Shown piece by piece: positions 7,206 through 14,648 of a DNA stretch of 18,288 nucleotides. A program made the translations under genes and the position numbers. Location of the stretch: assembly GCA_032128375.1 (NCBI GenBank), contig JAQBGU010000191.1:1-18288 (forward strand). The letters are read 5' to 3'. How positions within the stretch are numbered: position 1 is the stretch's first letter; each line of letters starts with the position of its first letter. Below the pieces are notes generated by a model, which worked only from the letters and a program-made list of their open reading frames with translations, searched no databases and was not told where the DNA came from. This DNA is from Deltaproteobacteria bacterium. GTDB taxonomy: Bacteria > Myxococcota_A > UBA9160 > SMWR01.

Positions 7206-7864
7206 CGCGGCTGCTAGACGCCGCGAAGAAGGCCTGGGCGAGCGAATACGCCGGGCTTTCGGAAGCGGAGATAGAGCAGCGCGTTCGAGGATTTGGCGCG
7301 ATGGTGATAGGCATTGCCGAAGACGGCGTGCTTTGTGTCGAGCGTTTCGCCGAACTCATGGGGCTCGAGACTGCGGTGGCAAGCAAGGTCTTTGCCGGGC
7401 TCTTCGCAGCTGGAATGCAGAAAGACGAGGCCGGAAACATTGTCGGCGCAGCCCTGACTGCGCGCGAAACGCCGCACAAGATTCGCGTGGCCGGTAAAGA
7501 ACTCTACGCCTGGTGCTCACTCGACGCGCTGTTCATCCCCGGGCTTCTCGGCGAAACGGCTGACATCGAATCGACGTGCCCGAGTAGCGGCGATGCGATT
7601 CGGCTAACCGTCTCGCCTGAGGCCGTGGGAAGAGCCGAGCCGTCCTCGACCTGGCTCTCTGTGTTTCTCCCGGGCGGCTCTTCGAGACAGCTAGGACCGG
7701 CGAGCCCGACGTGAAGCCAGATGCACTTTTTCCGCGCCCGGGAGGCGGCGGAGGAGTGGGTGGTGGGGCGAGCGGCAGTCGTAGCACTCAGCCTCGATGA
7801 GGCCTTCGAACTCGCCCAGGTGCATTGGGTGAATCGCGCCAAGCGGCTGCCTACACCACGATAG
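7202..7864 (+). CDS. merB: Organomercurial lyase MerB with in-frame TGA (predicted selenocysteine U171 at the catalytic Cys159-equivalent), 220 aa
   Basis: LYAWCSLDALFIP (C105/D108 = C96/D99 of R831 MerB) and ESTCPSSG (C117-equivalent). After TGA 7712-7714 the frame continues SQMHFFRAREAAEEWVVGRAAVVALSLDEAFELAQVHWVNRAKRLPTPR to TAG 7862-7864, matching the MerB C-terminus FC159CHVHFFAS...AEDW...VSVHEAFGLG. Confidence 0.92.
7724..7758 (+). promoter_or_regulatory. Candidate bacterial SECIS element for the merB UGA
   Basis: Hand-folded. CACUUUUUCCGCGCC (7724-7738) pairs with GGCGGCGGAGGAGUG (7744-7758) with one bulged U and one bulged G. Loop CGGGA (7739-7743) begins 24 nt after the UGA. Confidence 0.72.
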
Positions 7865-8010
7865 GTACTCCGCGCCGTTCCCGGAGCGGAGCCGGTCCGT
7901 TCCGGGCGCCTGAAGCCCTGAGGTCCACGGTGATCACACAAATGATCACCTGAAAACCGGCCATTGGGGCAGAAGTCGTCCGGGACATGGCGTGCAGTCG
8001 ATGCGGTTGG

Positions 8011-8330
8011 CCCAACTTCCGCAGTTGAGAGTTCGTTTTCCTGCTTTTCCAGTCACTTAGCTGGAAAAGTTGGCACTACATTATTTTGTCCAGATGTGTG
8101 GGGACTCGAAGGCGCTCGGGCAGTCGCAAACCCAGTCGATCGAGCAGCATTGCCTGAGCCTCATCGGGACGGACGACGCAGCGGATGCGAAGCGCGCGAT
8201 GCGGCTCACCGGCCAACGGGAGCACGACGTCGGTGCTCTGGATGCGGCCGATCTCCTTCAGGATCGTGCGTGGACTGTTGCCCGACCCCGCCCGCCGCTG
8301 CCATTGCTCGAGCGTCTTCCACAGCACGTA
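8011..8330 (-). mobile_element. IS1634-family remnant (3' end of transposase plus right terminus)
   Basis: Minus-strand 8330-8076 translates [38 protein letters not shown]...[28 protein letters not shown], recognised as an IS1634-type transposase C-terminus. It is followed by a terminus-like AACTGCGGAAGTTGGG ending at 8011. The coding remnant stops abruptly at the repeat at 8331. Confidence 0.8.
8044..8069. terminator. Perfect 9-bp hairpin just downstream of the remnant transposase stop; possible terminator
   Basis: CTTTTCCAG-TCACTTAG-CTGGAAAAG. There is no clear U-tract, so function is uncertain. Confidence 0.35.
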
Positions 8331-8430
8331 CGGATCGGGGTCTCGACCTCGGTGGAGCGTGGCGGGGCGTGGCGGGGCGTACTCCGAGGACTTCTGGCCG
8401 GATCGGGGTCTTGACCTCGGTGGAGCGTGG
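8331..8430. repeat. REP-like tandem repeat, right part: two partial ~68 bp units (8331-8386, 8387-8430)
   Basis: CGGATCGGGGTCT(C/T)GACCTCGGTGGAGCGTGG occurs at 8331 and 8399, 68 bp apart. Same unit as 3744-3813. Confidence 0.88.
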
Positions 8431-8455
8431 TGGATCGGGGCGGATCGCGCACGAT

Positions 8456-9334
8456 TCAGTATGGGACGTCTCCCTTGATCGTGATTCGGTTCATTTCGCG
8501 ACGGTGGCCCTGGTAGTCATTGAGCGCGTAGTGCTGGACGCAGCGGTTGTCCCAGATGGCTAGTGAACCGGCTCGCCAACGGAAGCGCGTCGTGAATTGC
8601 GGAGAAGTTGCGTGCGCTGATATGAAGTCCATCAGCGGTTGGCTTTCTTGGATTCGCATGTTCTCGAAGCGCTCGACGTGGGGGACATCCATGTAGAGCG
8701 CACGCCGACCCGTTTCGGGGTGGGTGCGAACGACGGGATGAATGAAGCGGGCCTGCTCCTTGGCTTCGTCCTGTTTCTTGCCCATCGGGTGGTCGACCTT
8801 TGCGTAGAGGCCATCAGAACTGTGTACCTTGGCGGCCGTGAACACCGCGTTCAGGTTTCCGAGCATCGCTTGCATTCCGGTCGATAGTGCGTCGTACGCG
8901 GCCGTCATGCTGGCAAACAGAGTATCTCCACCCGCCGTCGGAACCTCCAGCGCGTACAGAATCGTCGCCATCGAAGGCTTCTCCTGGTAGGACATGTCGG
9001 AATGCCAGCCGCCGCCGAAGTTGATCTTGGTATCCGGTTCTTTGATGATCGGAATCACGTAGGGGTGATCGGGTAGTGAGGGGATGAACGGATAGGTGTC
9101 GAGTTCACCGAAGTGTTCGGCGAATGCGGCCTGTTCGCTCGGGGTGATCTGTTGATCGCGAAAGAACAGGACCTGGTGTTCGAGCCAAGCGTGGTGGATT
9201 TCTTCGAATACCTTGTCATCGACATTCGAGAGGTCGACACCGCTGACCTCGGCGCCGATACAACCACTGGTTGGCTCGACCTGGATTCTCGCGTACTGAA
9301 ATGAGTCTTTGGCTGAGGAGTCAGATGCGTTCAT
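8456..9334 (-). CDS. TauD/TfdA-family Fe(II)/2-oxoglutarate dioxygenase
   Basis: [21 protein letters not shown] (HxD), [32 protein letters not shown] and [10 protein letters not shown]...R. Confidence 0.95.
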   Translation of the reverse strand: MNASDSSAKDSFQYARIQVEPTSGCIGAEVSGVDLSNVDDKVFEEIHHAWLEHQVLFFRDQQITPSEQAAFAEHFGELDTYPFIPSLPDHPYVIPIIKEPDTKINFGGGWHSDMSYQEKPSMATILYALEVPTAGGDTLFASMTAAYDALSTGMQAMLGNLNAVFTAAKVHSSDGLYAKVDHPMGKKQDEAKEQARFIHPVVRTHPETGRRALYMDVPHVERFENMRIQESQPLMDFISAHATSPQFTTRFRWRAGSLAIWDNRCVQHYALNDYQGHRREMNRITIKGDVPY

Positions 9335-9384
9335 GTCGGCTCCGTTTATTCGGCCGATCGGGGGCGATGGCCGACGACGAGATT

Positions 9385-12300
9385 CTACAGGACCTGGGAC
9401 CGCTGCTCAGCAGCGCGTCCGGCCAGATTTCCATATCGGTGGTAGTTGACGCACAGGCTCTGCTCACGCAGATAGTGGAGCAATTCGATCCTTCCGTCAG
9501 CCAGAACAGGCTCGGTGGCCAGATACAGCCCTGTTGCCGCCGCAGAGCGTCTCACCAACTCCGGAACCCGCTGCGCGCTAGCGAACCGGAGCCGATCGGT
9601 CTGCCCGGCCTCGATGGCCTCGGCCACCTCGGCGTCGGTCTCCTCGACGAACTCCACGGCCACCTCCGCTCGGCGGGACCACTCCCGTAGCAACGCGACG
9701 CGTCCGTCCCAGCCCGAGCGCGATGAGACTGTTGGCGGGCACTGCGCGGTGTGGGCGGCTATCACCATCGCGAAGACCTCGAAGTCGGAATCGGCCCGGT
9801 CGATCCGAACTCGCAGCGCAGCGAGCGGTAGATAGCGCCTCAGGTTGTCTTGACCGACCAAACGGAACGAGTCGTGATCGCTTCCGAATTCTTCGGTCAT
9901 CGCGAGCTGGTAGCTTCCGGCCGCCGCGAGCAGTCGCTCGAACTCAGTAGAATCGAGCTCAGGCCGATCAGCGAGCGCGGCAAACAGCGGGCCCAGCTTC
10001 GCATCCTCCGCCGCGTCGACAGCCGGTGGCGCACTGCGATCGGACACACGCATCAACGGAACCACATAGTTCGGTCCGCCGGCCTTCAGGCCCGGCCCGA
10101 TCGCGCTGCGCGCCACCCCTCCGAAGGGCTGCCGGCCGACGATCGCTCCGGTGGTTCCCCGGTTGATATAGAGATTGCCCGCTCGAATCTTGTGAGACCA
10201 GGTCTGCCATTCGCGATCGTCGAGGCTATGCAAACCAGCCGTCAGTCCGTAACCGGTCGCGTTCGCCAACGCGATGGCCTCGTCGAGGTCGGCCGCCGCC
10301 ATCACGCTGAGGACTGGCCCGAAGAACTCCGTCGTATGGCCGGGGCTGTTTGGCGCGACTCCCCATTTCACACCAGGCGACCAAAGGTTCGGGTTTTGTG
10401 CATCGGGCCTCGGCGTGACCGCCCAAGATTCGCCCTCATCGAGCCGGCGTAGTGCCGTCGCAAGTGCTCCAGAAGGGGGCCGAATCAGTGGACCGACCCG
10501 CGTCGTCGGGTCCCACGCAGAGCCGACGGGCAGGCTCTCGACCGCATCACACAGCGAACGGCGGAAACCCGCATCGTCGAAAACTTCGCGCTCCAAAATC
10601 AATAACGACGTCGCAGAACACTTCTGTCCCGAGTGACCGAACGCGGATTGGACGCAGTCGCTGATCGCCAGGTCGCGGTCGGACATGGCGGTGACGATCA
10701 TTGCGTTCTTGCCTCCGGTCTCCGCGAGTAGCCGCATCGCGGGTCGCTGGCTCAGCATTGCGAAGGCCGTCTTGGTTCCCCCGGTGAAGACCACCGTGTC
10801 GACATCGCCGTGGGCGACGAGGTGGGCTGCCACGTCATCGTTGTCACCGGACACGAATTGAAGCGCGCTGCGGCCGATGCCGGACGACCAGAAGCACTCG
10901 CACAAGATGTACGCAGTCTGCACCGATTCTGGCGCCGGCTTCAGGATCACTGTGTTGCCGGCTGCAAGCGCTGCGGCCACGCCACCGCACGGAATTGCGA
11001 TCGGGAAATTCCACGGCGGCACGACCGCAACGACGCCCCGGCCCGACACATCGAGGTTCGCGCGATTCGCAAGAAATTCGGCCGCCCGCGCGTAGTATTC
11101 GCAGAAGTCGACCGCCTCCGAGACCTCCGGATCGGATTCGGCCAAGATCTTACCGGCCTCGGCCAAGGCGATGCCCAGCAGGTCCGCGCGCCGCTCTCGA
11201 ATCGCTTGAGCGGCGGCGCGAAGCCTCTCCCCGCGCTCTGCCGCAGACTTCTCGCGCCAGCGGTCCGGATCCTCGATCGCGCATGCGACTGCGGCATCGA
11301 CATCCGCCACGCTGGCAACCCGGTACCGGCCCACGACAACGCCTGGCCGCGATGGATCCGTCGATTCGCGGATTGCGTGTCCGTCCATGATCTCGCGGCC
11401 CCCGATTACCAGGGATGCCTCGACGGCCGCGTCGGTGTGCCGACCCATCCAACGTTGATAGATGGACTCCACCCAGCTTTCATGGTGGTACAACGCGAAA
11501 TCGGTATCGGGCTCATTGACGAACTGGTCGAGCGGCGCCTGCGCGGCGAGAGCGGGCTGCGGGGCTCGGCGACGGTCCTGGCGGCGGCGCGGCGTGTCGG
11601 GCAGATCGGCGATCCGATCGAAAGCTTCGACGAAGTCGCGTTCGAGTGCCCTCCAGGCTTCGGAATCGACCGTGACGCGGAATGCGTGACGCAGAAAGTT
11701 GCTCGGGCCCGAATTCTCGTCGAGCCGCCGAATCAGGTAACCGATGGCGTAAACGAAATCCTCCCGGCGGCATGCGGGCGCGTACAAGAGCAGCTCGGAG
11801 GTCTGTTCGAACAAAGCCCGCCGCTGGTGGTTCGCCATGCCTTCGAGCATTTCGAACTGGACGCAGTCCTCGATGCCGCGCTCGCGCGCCAATACCAATC
11901 CATACGCGAGTTCGAACAGGTTGTGTGAGGCAACGCCGATTCTGACAGCCCGTGCGTGGTCTGGCTCGAGCCCGTAGTGGAGCATCCGCTTGAAATTCGC
12001 GTCGGTGTCACGCTTGTGCTGGAAGGTCGCGCACTCCCATCCGCTGAGAGATGCCACGACTCGCTCCATTTCCATGTTTGCACCCTTGACGATTCGCAGT
12101 GTGACTGGGGCACCACCGCGTTGTCGGCGTCGCAACGCCCACTCAGTGAGCGTCCTCTGGGTGCGAAACGAGTCCGGTACATATGCCTGCAACACGAGGC
12201 CGGCTGGAATATTGGATAGGTCGGGCCGGTCGAGCGTTCGCATGAAGACCTCAGCCGTAATCGACATGTCCCTGTACTCTTCCATGTCCATGTAGACGAA

Positions 12301-12945
12301 CTTCGGTGCTTCCCGGCCGGCAGCAGCCTCGCGGTAGAGCGATTCCATCCGGTCGCACAGCGTCTCGATTGTTTGCTGGCGCGCGACGACCGAAATTTGC
12401 GAGAAGAGTGTCGAGATCTTGACCGACACCACCTCGATGTCGGGGTTGCGTAGCGCCTGTCGGTAATGTTCCAATCGGCGTGCGGCTTCCGCTTCTCCGA
12501 GCAACGCTTCGCCGAGAAAATTGACGTTCATGCGCACGCCCTCGGCGCGCCGCGCTTGCAGGTGAGGCCCCAATAATTCTGGCTCCGCGGGCAGTATCAC
12601 GTTGGCTGTTTCGTGCTGCATCTTTTCCTTGACGAGCGGAACCGCGACGCCGGGCAAGTAGCCTCCGAACGATTGAAAGCCGCGCAGCAGTGTGCGGTCG
12701 AGCGGCGAGAAGAAGCGGGGTACACCCTGCACGTCGAGTATATGAGTCAACTGATCGGCGGAACGCCAGGCTGTGTTGGACCGGAATGCCTGATCGGTCA
12801 ATTCCACGAGCGTGGCCCTGTCGGAGGGGTGTTGGATCATCCGATCGAGTTCGGCCTGTTGGCTCAGCTCTTGCGGAGTTTGCAGTGCTGCGGAGCGCTG
12901 TTGGAGCTGGTGCGCCAGTTCCACCGCGCGCTGAACGTCGTTCAT
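9385..12945 (-). CDS. putA: Bifunctional proline dehydrogenase / L-glutamate-gamma-semialdehyde (P5C) dehydrogenase
   Basis: PRODH motifs NFLGE, DMEE, LQAY, RIVKGA, ASHN, FEMLEGM, YLIRRLDEN. ALDH motifs PWNFP, FTGG, AETGGKN, GQKCSATS, EFFGPV, YGLTAG, QPFGG. Confidence 0.95.
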   Translation of the reverse strand: MNDVQRAVELAHQLQQRSAALQTPQELSQQAELDRMIQHPSDRATLVELTDQAFRSNTAWRSADQLTHILDVQGVPRFFSPLDRTLLRGFQSFGGYLPGVAVPLVKEKMQHETANVILPAEPELLGPHLQARRAEGVRMNVNFLGEALLGEAEAARRLEHYRQALRNPDIEVVSVKISTLFSQISVVARQQTIETLCDRMESLYREAAAGREAPKFVYMDMEEYRDMSITAEVFMRTLDRPDLSNIPAGLVLQAYVPDSFRTQRTLTEWALRRRQRGGAPVTLRIVKGANMEMERVVASLSGWECATFQHKRDTDANFKRMLHYGLEPDHARAVRIGVASHNLFELAYGLVLARERGIEDCVQFEMLEGMANHQRRALFEQTSELLLYAPACRREDFVYAIGYLIRRLDENSGPSNFLRHAFRVTVDSEAWRALERDFVEAFDRIADLPDTPRRRQDRRRAPQPALAAQAPLDQFVNEPDTDFALYHHESWVESIYQRWMGRHTDAAVEASLVIGGREIMDGHAIRESTDPSRPGVVVGRYRVASVADVDAAVACAIEDPDRWREKSAAERGERLRAAAQAIRERRADLLGIALAEAGKILAESDPEVSEAVDFCEYYARAAEFLANRANLDVSGRGVVAVVPPWNFPIAIPCGGVAAALAAGNTVILKPAPESVQTAYILCECFWSSGIGRSALQFVSGDNDDVAAHLVAHGDVDTVVFTGGTKTAFAMLSQRPAMRLLAETGGKNAMIVTAMSDRDLAISDCVQSAFGHSGQKCSATSLLILEREVFDDAGFRRSLCDAVESLPVGSAWDPTTRVGPLIRPPSGALATALRRLDEGESWAVTPRPDAQNPNLWSPGVKWGVAPNSPGHTTEFFGPVLSVMAAADLDEAIALANATGYGLTAGLHSLDDREWQTWSHKIRAGNLYINRGTTGAIVGRQPFGGVARSAIGPGLKAGGPNYVVPLMRVSDRSAPPAVDAAEDAKLGPLFAALADRPELDSTEFERLLAAAGSYQLAMTEEFGSDHDSFRLVGQDNLRRYLPLAALRVRIDRADSDFEVFAMVIAAHTAQCPPTVSSRSGWDGRVALLREWSRRAEVAVEFVEETDAEVAEAIEAGQTDRLRFASAQRVPELVRRSAAATGLYLATEPVLADGRIELLHYLREQSLCVNYHRYGNLAGRAAEQRSQVL

Positions 12946-12955
12946 TGCCGAGCGG

Positions 12956-13339
12956 TCAACCGATTCGAGACGGTCGCACGATTAAGACCGTTGCGATCAT
13001 CAACGCGGCTACCCAGACCAGGCCGCCGCGCGATGGCGCCGGAATGGGTGAGAGCAGCGGAGGCAACTTCAAGCAGAGGTCGAGTGCAATCTCGACGTCG
13101 CTTGGTCTGACCGCCACATCGCTCTGCCAGGGAGACAGACCGGCGATGGCAGTGCGTGAAACCAACGCGATCAGCACTGTTGCCAACCGTGTCGGGACGG
13201 CACCTGATTCAACCGACTTGAAACTGCAGCAGCCGATCGGCATTCTCTGACTCTCCACCGCCATTGTCAGCGCGCGGGCTGGCAAGAGCAAGCATGAACC
13301 AGAGATCTGTCCTGCGGGCCCGCTCGATCTCGGGTCCAT
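12956..13339 (-). CDS. Hypothetical or degraded ORF ending in a hydrophobic C-terminal tail
   Basis: Fills the putA-desulfhydrase gap and ends 10 bp before the putA start. C-terminus IPAPSRGGLVWVAALMIATVLIVRPSRIG. Start and coding status are uncertain. Confidence 0.25.
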   Translation of the reverse strand: MDPRSSGPAGQISGSCLLLPARALTMAVESQRMPIGCCSFKSVESGAVPTRLATVLIALVSRTAIAGLSPWQSDVAVRPSDVEIALDLCLKLPPLLSPIPAPSRGGLVWVAALMIATVLIVRPSRIG

Positions 13340-13497
13340 GGCCCATCAAGGAGTCGTTTCGAGTCGGTCGTGACGCGATCGCTCCCAAGACCCACGGCCC
13401 CAGCAACATTCCGCTTTGCGATTCCGTATCGCGAAGCCCTGACCAAGGGTAGGTTTCGGCACTGATTCCCGACCGGGAACGCATGAGGTGGTCAATC

Positions 13498-14499
13498 GTG
13501 AAGCCAATCAGCGAATTCCCGCGCGTGTCACTGGGTCACCTGCCCACGCCGCTCGAGCCACTCCCGCGACTTTCTGCCGAACTGGGTGGACCCGAAATCT
13601 GGATCAAGCGAGATGATTGCACCGGATTGGCGACGGGCGGCAACAAGACGCGCAAGCTCGAATTCCTGATGGGCCAGGCTGGCGCGGATGGGGCCGACAC
13701 CGTCGTCACGTTCGGTGCGTTGCAATCCAATCACGCGCGTCAAACCGCGGCCGCGGCGGCTCGGCTCGGTCTTCACTGTGTCGTGTTCCTGGTTCGAAAG
13801 GTGACGTACACGGAACCGGCGTACCAGACGTCGGGCAATCTGCTGTTGGATGATCTTCTCGGTGCACGCGTCGAAATCGCAGACGATGAGGTGGCGCTCG
13901 GCGAACGCCTCGAAAGCGTCAGGGACGAATTGCGAACGGAGGGCCGAACCGTATACGTGATCCCGCCGGGTGGCTCCAATACGGTCGGTGCGCTCGGATA
14001 TGTGAATTGCGCGTTGGAGATCGACACGCAGTGCCGCGAACTCGGAATCGAACCAAGCGCGGTCGTGCATGCGTCGTCCAGTGGTGGCACGCAGGCCGGG
14101 CTGGTTGCAGGCTTCGCAGGGCTGCAGAGCGCGTTGTCAGTGCAGGGGATCAACGTCACTGACAAGGATGCAACCCGAATCGTCGCGCTGGTTCACGGTC
14201 TGTGCCGCGAGACCTGCCAGACGATCGAGATCGGCGCTGTGGACGAGAAGCAGATCCGGATCGATCACGACTACCTTGGCCCAGCCTACGGAATCCCCAC
14301 CGATGCGATGCGAGAAGCGGTGAAACTGGCTGCTACTCGCGAGGGAATCCTTCTCGACCCGGTCTACACCGGCAAGGCGATGGCCGGATTGATCGGCCGG
14401 ATCCGGGCGGGTGTGTACCGACGAGGAGAAACGGTCGTGTTTCTGCACACCGGTGGGAGCGCCGGTCTGTTCGCGTACCGCGATGCGTTGACGGGTTGA
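13498..14499 (+). CDS. dcyD: D-cysteine desulfhydrase family PLP enzyme
   Basis: PTPLEPLPRLS, IWIKRDD, GGNKTRKLEFL, QSNHARQTAAAA and SSGGTQAG. It has DPVYTGKA and HTGG, not the DPVYEGKS/HLGG of true ACC deaminases. GAGGTGG RBS precedes GTG 13498; the track ORF starts at 13483. Confidence 0.88.
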   Translation: MKPISEFPRVSLGHLPTPLEPLPRLSAELGGPEIWIKRDDCTGLATGGNKTRKLEFLMGQAGADGADTVVTFGALQSNHARQTAAAAARLGLHCVVFLVRKVTYTEPAYQTSGNLLLDDLLGARVEIADDEVALGERLESVRDELRTEGRTVYVIPPGGSNTVGALGYVNCALEIDTQCRELGIEPSAVVHASSSGGTQAGLVAGFAGLQSALSVQGINVTDKDATRIVALVHGLCRETCQTIEIGAVDEKQIRIDHDYLGPAYGIPTDAMREAVKLAATREGILLDPVYTGKAMAGLIGRIRAGVYRRGETVVFLHTGGSAGLFAYRDALTG

Positions 14500-14648
14500 C
14501 GGGCTCCGGCAGGAGGTTGGAAAACCCTTTTCGTCGCCCGGCCCGGCGCAGACGGCGCCGAGCGTCCGATCGAAGGGGCTGCGAGTCTGCGCTGTGGAGT
14601 GCCAGCTCCAGCGTGCAGGCGACGACGGAAAAATTCGAAGAACGCGCC

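Noticed and set aside
6671..7864. merP-like gene and merB as simple nonsense pseudogenes, or UGA as Trp/Gly (alternative genetic code)
   Set aside because: Both TGAs fall on functional Cys columns with intact downstream sequence and similar hairpins. TGA is used as a normal stop elsewhere (ATGA overlaps at 5253-5256 and 7202-7205) and Trp is encoded by TGG. Disfavoured, though not formally excluded without finding the sel genes.
13498..14499. ACC deaminase (acdS)
   Set aside because: It has Thr at both diagnostic positions (DPVYTGK, HTGG) instead of Glu and Leu.
13498..14499. Functional link between the D-cysteine desulfhydrase or TauD-family gene (sulfur/selenium metabolism) and the mer module
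   Set aside because: These genes lie outside the repeat- and IS-bounded segment and show no shared operator. Proximity alone is not evidence.
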